A program made the translations under genes and the position numbers. A model generated the notes under the pieces. It had not been told where the DNA came from and searched no databases. It saw only the letters and a program-made list of their open reading frames with translations. Below are positions 12,960 through 23,809 of a stretch of 64,000 bases of DNA, one piece after another. Source of the DNA: Camelus ferus (lineage: Eukaryota); the NCBI RefSeq assembly GCF_009834535.1, contig NC_045696.1:103480001-103544000 (forward strand), given 5' to 3'. Positions within the stretch are counted from its first letter, which is position 1; every line of letters starts with the position of its first letter.

Positions 12960-15904
12960 GTTTCAGAAGGGAGAACTTACTGGTTAGGAGGGATTCTAAT
13001 ATCTTCTCAGTGATGTTCAGCAGCCCAGCAGCTCATAATTGTGGCTTTGGGGTCTTTGGGTTTAGGTCTGTAGCAGATACTTGGGGTGGTGTTTATGCCT
13101 TCAGGACAGAATTCGTATCAGAAGGAAGTCTTTCTGTGCAGGACACTTTTAACTCTGTGTGTTTTGTATTTTTGCAGATGAATGAATCATGTTTGCTTTA
13201 AGTCAGTGCGTATGGAAGAGGTGGCAGATCCCACTAACGTGAATAACTTCCAGCCCTCTTTAGCTTCATCATCTCTTTAATGAACCCTCACTGTGGCGTG
13301 ATGATTCAAGCTCTCGGGACATTATGCAAATATTTTCTTATGAACTTATGGACCACTTAGCCCATTTCCCTCTCTCTGACTTCTTTTCCTGCCCTCTGGT
13401 TTTGGTGCCTGCACCTGGTTTTCATGTTCTCTTACTGTCCTCTGTCAGATGTTGGTAGCCTCCAATCCTCCGATCCAGCTTCCCCTGGGATTTCTCAGCC
13501 TCTGAGTCTAGTGAGTGCCTCCCATGAGCAGTGGCCTGTGACTGGAGCTGATGTCTCTCCTCTGGGCTTGCCTACCCCCTGCAAATGGAAGCAAAGCTTG
13601 GGGCAGACCTTGTGGGGTCCTGGACAGAGTCACAACCTAACAAGCCACCGTATGTCTCAGGGGGAATTCAGCCAAGTCCTGGTAAATGCTTAACAATCCG
13701 CTCTCCAGAAAAAAACAAACCTGATGTGTCAGATTTGCCAGTTTTCGTGATGCAGCTACACCCACTGTGGTCTAAGCCCGACTACCAAGGTGAGGTCATC
13801 CCGACCGCGGAGCTGGGAAGAGGTGCACATGCCGCAGGGCCAGAGCAGGCACGTCCTCATGATACAATATTTCAATCGCCCTTGTCTTCCAAAACAAGGA
13901 AGAGCTAGTCAAGCACATTCTCGCTGGAATTTTTTCCAGAGAAAACCTTCCTCACACTCACATTCTCCCTGAGTTAGTCTGTGGCCAGGGGGATGATTAG
14001 AAGGAAGCTTTGATTTGGAATTGCCTTTTGCTCTTAGTCTCCCCAGTGGTCCTCCTTCCTCCTTGAGTGAGGAAGTGCTGGCTTAGAGTCACTTTTCCTG
14101 GCAAGACAGTCACCATGCAAGGGAGGAAAGGGGCTAAATACAGGCGATCTAGCCCTTGTGTGTCTCAAGTGTTAACAGGCGAGAGATTGCCAACTTAATG
14201 TAACATCCGAGGTGAATTAGCTGAGTTATCTGTGGCCATGACAGAAAAGGGTGGAAGACGTGAGCAGATAGAGTATGTCATTTAAGTGCTCAGAGAATCC
14301 AGATTTCAGTGAATGGTTTGTGCCCGCTTTTAAAATTCCTGTTCCTGAAGCAAATAGATGGATTTATTTCTCTTCCTTTCGGTGCCCCTACACAAACCAG
14401 TGTGGGACACGGTCAGTGACACAAGGACCAAAGGTGGACTGTGGGAAGGGGAGGCAGGGTGACAGAGGGACAGATAGTCCACAAACTGCGTGAATTGATC
14501 ACTCAACCGTGACAGGAAGGGTGGCCGACAGAGTCATGAAGTAATAACAAGCCTGAGAACTCCACATGCCTGGACCGAGCTCTGCCCTGCAGGATCTGCT
14601 GTGCGGTTTTACGGGCCCAGCCCCGAACACAAGCAAGTAGAGGTAAGGGCCGGAGGGCACCCCTGGGAAGTGAGGCACAGACAAGGCATCGGAATGTTTG
14701 GTTGAGCCGCTGTTTCACCATTGTCTGCCTCGTTACCAGTTATGACATGTGCCAGGGCAGGCTTTCCCCTTCATTCCACTGGCATTTGTTAAAACAACAC
14801 ACACCAAGACCCGATCTGGATGTGTCTTTTGGCCTGCCTGTAACTTTCCACTTTGAGACATAGTGAAGCGCTTACACGTCTTGATTTCACAGCTTTGATA
14901 CCGACTAACAGAGATATCCAGCCAAAGGGGGACACCTTCAGGACAGGTGTGGTCTGTCTTGGGCCATATTCCTACAAGGCCCAGCACGTGATAAGCCCGA
15001 AATTAGAATCTGTTGTATGAGTGAATGAAGATGATTGTTTTTGAAGATGCAAAGAAATAGAGAAATGTAGTTTCAAAAGGACTTTTCTAAGTGTCTACAC
15101 CTGAGCTGGCTGGTGCACAGGCCGAGACTTACAGGGAGCAAAGTAAAAGGTCTAAGGCGCAGAATAGAAGGAGGCACTCAATTCTGGTTTTGTGCAAGTT
15201 CAGAGGCTGTGCTTCCTTGCGTGATCCTGAGAGCAAGTGCCGTCTTAAAGGTCCTAAACCCTGTGCTGCAGCTGACTCGCTCACCTCACTCTCGTCCTGG
15301 CCCTGCTAGTCCATTTAGGGCCAACAAAATATATTTCTTAAAATTCTCTCCTCCTTGGGCTCTGTCCACTAACTCGTGCCCTGAGTCCCATAGGAGATAT
15401 TTCAGGGAATAGGGAGGGATGGGGGCAGTTCCTACCTAGGAAACCAGTGACCCCCAGACAAGAGCTACCAGGTACACCTGGGTTTACTCAAAACTTACAG
15501 TGTACTTGGGTAAGTCTGCTAACCTCTGAAGCTTGTCTTCTTCCTTGATAAAATGCAGGTAATAATACCCACTTCACTGACGAGTGTGCGCATTGGGAGT
15601 AACACACAAGAAGTGCTGAGGGCAGCACTCCACACATGGTAGGTGCTCAATAAAAGGGAGCTTATTATTAGTCATTATTAGTGGTGATGCTGGTGCCACT
15701 GCCCAGCCAGCTCTTAGGTGAGACAGAGCACACATGTGGGCTTGTCGAAAAAAATTCATAGCAGCTGTGGAGGAGGACAGACCCAACAGGTGTGTAACCC
15801 AGGCAGCGCTCTGACTGTGTGCCAGGTGTGGTGCTGGGGGTTCTCCTGCATTTTCTTTCATCCTGGCCACTGACGATTCTTATTCGATGATGTGTACTTG
15901 TGGA

Positions 15905-16044
15905 CAAGAGATATGTTTTTATATAAGTATGTCCCATGCAACATTTGGGACATACTTATACTAGAAAAAATGAATTGGAAAAAAATTAATGAATTTCTGC
16001 AATTTAAATTTTACAGGACATTCTGCATTTGCATTGGCAAACCT
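15905..16044. mobile_element. MER53-type palindromic MITE (partial)
   Basis: Central palindrome TATAAGTATGTCCCA...TGGGACATACTTATA and terminal TGGCAAACCT. Confidence 0.8.
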
Positions 16045-16577
16045 CGGAGGGGACTCATTAGTTCAGGGACTCTGAGATGCTGGGTGTGCCTCTGGAATGC
16101 ATGTTTGCACGGATGGCCCTGGCTCAGCAGACGGCACTACCAGCCGGTGAATTTCTGAAGCTGTCTTTGGTTCTTGTGGCTCCTGGGTTTCTCCTCCCTG
16201 CCTCTTCTTCCCTGAGGCTTCTCCCGCTGCATGTAGGAATGGTGGGCATGGCAGGAATGCACATCCAGCTGGCCGTGCAGATGGGAGAGTCAGGGTAAGG
16301 CGAATAGGTTTAAAAATAGAGAAGAGTCAGCTGGCCCCATGTACCTCAACCAAACTTCCTGGGAAATGCCAGGGGCTTTCTGGGCTCACCCCTACTCCCA
16401 CCAGCCCTCTGGTTAGGGCTCTGCTCTTTGCTGTGTGTTTCATGAGAGAACAAAAAGAGAGATGGCTCTTGCTGAGAACTTTATCTCATGGAAGCAGAAT
16501 TTTTAAAATAGGCCCAGGTTCCCTGACGGCCTTGTGACATTCTGTGTTGTGTTAATGGATAATCCTCAAAATAAGAA

Positions 16578-16971
16578 AAAGCCAGAAAGAGAAAGAAAAA
16601 TACCATATGATATCATTCATACGTGGAATCTTAAAAAAAAAGAAAAAAGAAAAAAGGACACTATGAACTCATCTACAAAACAGAAACAGACTCTCAAACA
16701 TAGTAAACAATCTTATGGTTACCAGGGAAAGGGGGTAGGAAGGGATAAATTTGGGAGGTTGAGATTTACAAATGTTAGCCACTATATATAAAAATAGATT
16801 TAAAAAGTTTCTTCAGTATAGCACAGGGAACTATGTTCAACATCTTGTAATAACCTTTAATAAAAAATATGAAAATGAATATATGTATGTATATGTGTGA
16901 CTGGGACATTGTGCTGTACACCAGAAACTGACACATTGTAACTGACTGTACTTCATTAAAAAAAAAAAAAA
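16578..16971 (+). mobile_element. L1 3' end (lineage-specific subfamily)
   Basis: Aligns by eye with 51120-51520 (GCCAGAAAGAGAAAGAA...GTAACTGACTGTACTTCA) and ends in poly-A. Confidence 0.9.
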
Positions 16972-17142
16972 CCATGACTGTTATACAGAAACAAAAATGA
17001 ACACATGTTAAAGACTTTATTTAAGTCTTTAATGAGGAAACTGGCATTACAACCAATTCAAAGAAGTAATAAAACCCACACATTTATATGAGGTAAAGGA
17101 ATGTTGAAATGAATGAGTGGACATAAAATTGGCTTGAGGGAC

Positions 17143-17512
17143 TGTTATAGGCTGAATTGTGTCTCCCCAAATCCATGTGTTAAGTCCTAACCCCCCAGGT
17201 ACCTTGGGGTACCTGTGACTGTATTTGGAGTTAAGGTCTTTAAAGACGTAATCAAGTTAAAATAAGATCATTAGGATGGGCCTTAATCCAGTATAACTGC
17301 TGTCCTTGGAAGGAGAAGAAATTAGGACAGAGATCACAGAAGGAGGACGTGAGGCAGAAGAAGGTGGTCATCTAGAAATCAAGGACAGAGGCCTCAAAAG
17401 AAACCAGCCCCAAGGACACCTGGATCTAGCTTCCAGAACTGAGATAAATTTCTGTTGTGTAAGCCACCCTGTCCATAGAATTTTGTTATCATGGCCCTAA
17501 GAAACTAATACA
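17143..17512 (+). mobile_element. MaLR solo LTR (MLT1A/B-like)
   Basis: TG...CA ends: TGTTATAGGCTGAATTGTGTC ... GAAACTAATACA. Confidence 0.85.
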
Positions 17513-17649
17513 GTGGGGATGGGTCATTTAAATATTTATAGACAAGAATTATTTTATATCTCAGTTAGTTACCTATAATCTACAGAGCTGTAAAAAGCTC
17601 TGTTAGAATCAGATAACCCAGTCAGTTTAATCATGAGACTTACGACTAT

Positions 17650-17820
17650 AAGCAGTAAACCTGAGGGTCAATCCAGCTCCACTGCCTGTTTTTGTAATTA
17701 AAGCTTTATTGGCACACAGACATATTCAGTCCTTTCCATTGTCTAAGGCTACTTTCCCACCACAAAGGCAGAGTTAAATTGTTGCATCTACACAGTCTAA
17801 AATATTTACTGCATTGTCCT
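17650..17820. mobile_element. MER58-type hAT relic
   Basis: CCACTGCCTGTTTTTGTAATTAAAGCTTTATTGG...CTAAAATATTTACT. Confidence 0.65.
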
Positions 17821-18551
17821 TTTTTTTTTTTTTTTTTTTTAGTTGTTTGGTAAAAACTTCACCACCAACCAGCCACAGTTCATGGTCTGGATTGTGGAAC
17901 CACTAATTCGGCTCAACCTTAGGCACCAACTGCTGGCTCTGTCCAGGGAGAATCTGCCGGCTCAGACCAGGAGCCCTAGACTTACTCCGCCCCACCCCCA
18001 TCCTTTCAGCTGGGGAGGGCGTCTTTGGGGGTTGGTTTTGGCCAGATCCAGCTTGGGCACACATCCAGATCCAATTAGGACAGTTCCTGCCTTGCTTTAA
18101 ATGATATAGTTTTTGTTGATTCTGAAAAGAAAGATATGTTCAGTGCAGAAAACTTAGGAAAAAATGGAAAGAACAAAATTTATCTCTACCCAGAGAGATA
18201 TAAAGGTTTACTGATGCACAAGGGGAACAAAAGCACTTTCCAATCTAAAAATTTTAAAGAGGCAAAACCCAGCATATCTTCCCAAACTGAAATGGGCCTG
18301 GTGCATGGCGGGCACCAATATTTATTGAAAGAATAGTTAAACCTAAATAACTACAATTATTTTTCCTAGATGATCCAAAAAATTTAACAAGTCTTTTTAA
18401 AATTTTTTTTTGATAATCAAATGGCTAATATGGTCAGTCTTCCAGCCCCTTCCCCCCTAAATATTCTTGTACCTATTTTTTCCTTTATCATATTTTTTCC
18501 TTTTAGGGCTTATAACTGCCAAGAACAACCATTCAAGAAGCAAGGATTATA

Positions 18552-18685
18552 GGGGGAGGGTATAGCTCAGTGGTAGGGTGCATGCCTAGCATGCATGTGG
18601 TCCTGGGTTCAATCCCAGTACCTCCATTAAAAATAAACAAACCTAATTACTTCCCCCTAATAAATAAATAAATGAAAGATAAAAA
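18552..18685 (+). mobile_element. Vic-1-type SINE
   Basis: tRNA-like head plus tail. Perfect 17-bp TSD AAGAAGCAAGGATTATA at 18535-18551 and 18686-18702. Confidence 0.92.
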
Positions 18686-19309
18686 AAGAAGCAAGGATTA
18701 TATATTTTCACTATTTCCATCATGTTTTACTGCCCAATTTACTTAAGTTAAACTGTCCCTAATGATAAATACAACATAATAATGATCTTTAAAAACTGAT
18801 CTGGTACTCACTCATGATTTCAAATGTGTAATTCCTAAGAAGCAAAGTTAATATTCAGTTTTTTTCACTTCCATGCCTGGTCACCTAAATGAAAAACACC
18901 TTAAATTTGATACTCAACATAAACAATTGAGAATATTTTTTAACACTTTGTGGCTTGCAGTCCCAAAGTCAATAATTCACCACTGTTTCCTTTCAAAACA
19001 TCATCCATACCTTCTGCTTTGCAAGGCACTTCTAAGCCCTTTCAAGAAGTTTATGAAATCCATCTCCTTCTTAAAGAAACAAATATTTCAAATAATCCCT
19101 AACAAGCTAGAAGAGTGAAAATGACTTCTCCCTGGTTCTTCTTTGTCTAAATACTTCACTCATACATGTCTTGGTTTCCCCTGATGTTTTTATTATGTTT
19201 ATAGAATTTTTCTCTAAAAACATAATCTCATTTTAACTTTCTAAAAATCAGTAAGCATCATCTCTTTACAAAAATCACTTCTTTCCTTTGATGAAATATC
19301 TGGTTGCAT

Positions 19310-19454
19310 CTTTTTTTTTAAATGGAGTTATGGGGTTTGAACACAGGACCGCTCTATCACTGAGCTATACCTTCCCCCCATTTTTTAAGTGGAGGTACCT
19401 GGTATTGAACCCAGGACCTCATGCGTGCTAAGTGTGTGCTCTATCACCTCCCTC
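19310..19454 (-). mobile_element. Head-to-tail dimer of two internally deleted Vic-1-type SINE heads
   Basis: Two B-box segments (TTGAAC(A/C)CAGGACC on plus) separated by a short T-run, with a T-run tail at 19310-19319. Confidence 0.8.
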
Positions 19455-21218
19455 AAGTTTGCAGTCTTATTTAGGTCTCGAATCCGACCACAACCTGCAC
19501 AGATCCTTCTGCACTGGCTTATTTCTCTCCATTTCCAATATTTAATCTCTGCGCTGAAGTCTGAACCTCACCTGCCCTGCCCTGATAGAGATGAATCTCT
19601 TTCCCTCTGACTTGGCTCAGGTGGATCCCGACCTGGCATAGGATGAGAAAGAGGCCTGGGATGGGCCCCCATGTCTCCACTTATTCCAATTCGATTTTTC
19701 TTTTGCTCTGCATAAAAAATTTCCTTCTCAACCACTCCCCAGGAACCAGCTGTCTTGCTTCTCTCACTTCCTCTGAAAGTTTTAATGAAGGTGACTGGGT
19801 TCAACTCTTAATAGTTTGTCCTTCGACCTAGAGTCATTTGACCTGCTGCCACTTACTTACCATAGTCTTCAATTTATTTTGCCTAGTCAAGCACTATTTG
19901 CTTCCTATACACTATTTCTGGTCTTCACAACAACCCTGCAAAGCTGTGTGACCTTGGGCAAGCTATAAAGCATCTCTGAGCATCAGTTTCCTCTTTTAAA
20001 ATGTGAATAATTACACCCACAGGAGTCTGCATTCTACACTACGCCACAGGGACTTTCACAGATGGTTGTCTTGTTTCTCTATTGTGTCCTCAACACCACT
20101 CAGTATAGGGCTCAACGTATAGTTAGAGCTCAACACATACATACTTGGTGACTGTTTGAATAAAATTTTCTTATTCAATTGTTTTCCTGAGTTACTTCTA
20201 AAACATGAAAACAGAAATTTGTATATTTAAAATTTATCAAAAGCAGTTGGCATTCTCATGAAAGAACCAATGCAAGAAAGAAAACGTCACTTTTTAAATG
20301 TCTAATGTTTATAAAGTTAAATCCTGAGGCCTCTACTCTTGGAATACTCTGGTTAATTGGATTTCTGTTAACTGTTGATTCTTTTTTTGTTAAATAGACT
20401 CAGAAATTTTATCAATTTTTGAGCTATTTTCTTGCCTTAGGAAAAAGAACCTGCTAGACACACCTGAATTCTGCTTTGGTGACTCAGGACTCTGCAATAT
20501 TTATTTCCAGGGTGGGGTTTGGAGCACCCCGAGCTCACTGAGGATGGAGGAAGAGCAGGGGGGTGAGTGGCATGTGCGCTAACCCAGGACTCAACTCCAA
20601 CGGAGTGTCTTACGCCTTGTTTCAGATACGGGTGATGCTGTCTTATAGCTGAGGATTGTTGGTAGCTGGATCCCAGCTGACCAACTTTATTTTATTTATT
20701 TATTTTTTGGCCAGTGTTTTTGTAACTCTTGTCAAGGATTAAAACTTTTTGAGTAAGTTCAGCCAGGTTTCTCACCATTGGGACAAGTGAGATTTCCTTA
20801 CGTACACATGTATCTTTTTAAAATACATATATATAATCACCCTAGATTTATATTTGTGTCATCTCTCTCTCTCTCTCGTCAGCCTTAAAATTCTCACTTT
20901 GGCTGTGCTTTTGAGAAGTGCTAACCCTACAATAAGGTGCTGGCTGGGCAGCCACCTGAAATGAGGGCCACTGTTTGTTCAAATCATATTTCTTGAAATA
21001 GCCAAGAATACTACTTCCCAAGATAGGTGTGAGGAACTAAAGTGTGCAAAGACAAGGAAATCTACAAGATGAATACAGATTATCTTCAGTTTCATTGGCA
21101 CTACAATTGCCAAAATTACATTTTTAGGATATTTGAAAAGTTGCTATCAAAATGTATGACTGGAGTTTTGAGCAACCAAACAAGGTCCCATGTGTAATAA
21201 CATTTACATCTACATGGT

Positions 21219-21386
21219 CATGGTTCCCAAACTTTGCTGCACGTTGGAACCACCTAGGGAGTTTTGAAAATCTAAGTGCCCAGGTTCTATCCCAGACCAA
21301 TTAAAGTCTGGGGGTGGGAGTCACACATTAGTATTTTGAAAGATCCCTAGGTGATTCCAAAGTTCATCAAAGTTTGGGAACCAATG
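21219..21386. mobile_element. MER5-type hAT MITE, downstream of the GRK7 stop
   Basis: Perfect 16-bp inverted termini TGGTTCCCAAACTTTG (21221-21236) and CAAAGTTTGGGAACCA (21368-21383). Confidence 0.85.
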
Positions 21387-21636
21387 GCATATGGAATTAC
21401 ATGGCTAAGCAGTTTGTAGAATGTTATTTAAAGGACTCAACATACAGAATACTTTAATCCACAGACCTCATGTCTGTTTACATGCTGTTTAATATGCTGC
21501 AACATTATAATGGTAGAATATTTCAAAAATATGAAAAAGAGACATTCAGTAAATTAAAAATTAATTTGTAATCTGAAATATTGCCAAAATATTACAATCC
21601 ACTCCTTTTTGGGGGGGGGGTAGAATATCAGGAATA

Positions 21637-21642
21637 TTTATT
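21637..21642 (-). terminator. Candidate GRK7 poly(A) signal AATAAA, about 600 nt after the stop
   Basis: Plus-strand TTTATT at 21637-21642. Further candidates lie at 20500-20505, about 20690 and 19873-19878. The sequence alone cannot show which is used. Confidence 0.3.
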
Positions 21643-21922
21643 TCCAGCTTCAAAATCCTTTTTATAAGTACAGAAGCAGAAGACATAGTGAAAGATGAAG
21701 GGAATAAAAGATATAAACAGAGAAAAACTAAAATGATTATTTACTAAGAATTGCAAATGCTCATTTTCTGAGTACACCACAAAGTTCCATTCTCTGTTCC
21801 TAGGACTTTGCGTAATTTTCAGGAACACAATGGTGAGGGCTCATGCTTTTAGTTTATCAAAATAAATCTGAGCGTTCCTTTTCCTAGCTTTCAGTGAAAA
21901 CTGAGACTTTACTCTTCTTTAT

Positions 21923-22085
21923 GAAGGAAGAAAGAAAGAAAGAGAGAGAGAGAGGAACAAGGGAAGGAAGGCAGGAAAGAGAGGAAAGAAGGAAAGAAAG
22001 AAAGGAAGGAAGGAAGGAAGGGAAAAGGAAGAGAAAAAAAGGAAAGGAGAGAGAGAAGAAGGAAGGAGGAAGGAAGGAAAGAAAA
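21923..22085. repeat. Purine-rich (GA/GGAA) low-complexity tract, CU-rich in the GRK7 3' UTR
   Basis: About 160 nt that are almost entirely A/G on plus. Confidence 0.9.
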
Positions 22086-22245
22086 CACATCCTACTATTG
22101 AGCTTGCCTGTCCTTTGAGCTGTTCTCTGGTTGAAATGCCCCTCCTGATTGATCGGTCCTCAGTCAACAAATTTTTGTGGGTTAGGATTCAAGGATTACA
22201 CATGTCAGCCGAGACTCCTACTGCCTGTCTGGTGGAGAGAACAAC

Positions 22246-22582
22246 TTACAATAACAAACATACACCAGACTTGGATGAATTACCCTCCCCACAACCTGCG
22301 GGCCTGTTGGGGTCGTTCAATTCTTCAAACAGTCCTGTTTCTATAATCTCTTCCTGCCACGCAATGGGAACGGCGCCTGTTGCAAATCTTTGGAAGAACT
22401 GCTTATCTTTGTCATCGAATTCAACTCCTCGAACCTCAGAGAAATCTTCAATTTCACCGATGTCTTTGGCATAAACCACTGAAGGGTCTGGCACAAATGG
22501 AGGTTCAATGAGGCCAGCTTCCAGGCGAGGAAAGTTGATGGTTTTGAAGAAATGGTGTTTCCTGGGATCATCAGACTTTTCT
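22246..22582 (-). CDS. GRK7: GRK7 last coding exon (aa 442-553 plus stop): AGC C-tail and CaaX prenylation motif
   Basis: Acceptor CTTCCCAG|A completes the Arg codon (AG+A). Translation EKSDDPRKHHFFKTINFPRLEAGLIEPPFVPDPSVVYAKD...DFSEVRG...SKSGVCLLL*. Length 337 nt. The four exons sum to 1662 nt, which is 553 aa plus stop. Confidence 0.97.
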
Positions 22583-23258
22583 CTGGGAAGAGAGGGGATG
22601 GTCAGCCTAAGACACAGTAATAAACCAAAACAGGAGATGTTCTAGCAACACAAAGTGTGTGGCACTCTTTTCCTATGTTTCATTTTTAATTGCAAAGACG
22701 ATATAAGTGAAAAAATAATTTAGAAAAATAACTTTAAAAATCACCCACAATTCGACCATTCACAGACAGTAGCATTTTCATTGCTTGCAGACAGCCTTCA
22801 CCTGCAGATGTAATTTTTGAATAGCCAAGCAATTGACATGAATTTTATTCTTGGTGTTTCATGGAAACACCAGCAAAATTCAACAGGGCCAGCATATATT
22901 TGCCTGCAACTTTCAGTCACTGCCTCTTGCTCTGTCCTTCAGGGTCACACAAAGCAAGTTAAGCATGTCTCTTCTCATCTGACCACCACTCACATTTTAA
23001 AAGATAGCAGTTGTATCTCCTCACTCTTCATATGACATGATTTCTAGGAGCCCCACCTACCTCTCCCAACGGCCACAATAATCTTTAAAGTCCTTTAGAA
23101 AATTCATTCATAATATTTAGCAGCATGAATGAGCATACCTTCAGTGCTCAAGACTATGGTTATTTGTTACCAAACCCTCCTTCCCTATGCTAGAAATTTT
23201 TCTAGTATTTGACTTAAAATAAGGGGGGAAAATGTGTGTTTCCAATTGTGTAACCTCT

Positions 23259-23809
23259 TGTATTAGTTATCTATTGCTGTGTAACAGATTGGCCCAACAT
23301 TTAGTGGCTTAAAGCAACAAACATTGACTATCTCACAGTTTCTGTGGGGCAAGAATCTAGACTTGGCTTAACTGGGTGCCTCTGCATCAGGGTATCTAGT
23401 GACGTCACAGTAAAGCTATTGGTCGGGGCTGTGGTCTCATCTAAAGGTTCAACTGGGTGAGGGGAGGTCAGCGGTGGGGGAATCTGCTTTCAAGCTCACT
23501 CATGATTATTGGCAAGCTTCCATCCCTCACCATGTGAGCCTCTTCATAGGGTTGCTGTATACCATTGTTAACAATCTTTCCTCAGGACAAATGGTCTTAG
23601 TGAGAGAGACAGAGAGAGAGAATGTGAGCTCAAGACAGAAGACAGTATTTTTATTACCTAATCTTGGAAATGACATCTCATTACTTCTGCCATTTTCTAT
23701 TAGTTAGAAGCAAGTCAATAAGTCCAGCCCATCCTTGAGAGGTTACTCAAGGGCATGCATGCCAGGAGATGGGGATCTTTGGGGACCATATTAGGGGTGG
23801 CCTACCACA
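23259..23809 (-). mobile_element. MaLR solo LTR (MLT1 family)
   Basis: TGTATTAGTTATCTATTGCTGTGTAACA...AGTGGCTTAAAGCAACAA ... CCTACCACA. Confidence 0.85.

Noticed and set aside
21884..22170. Charged and Phe/Leu/Ser-rich ORFs
   Set aside because: They are translations of the GA-rich low-complexity tract.
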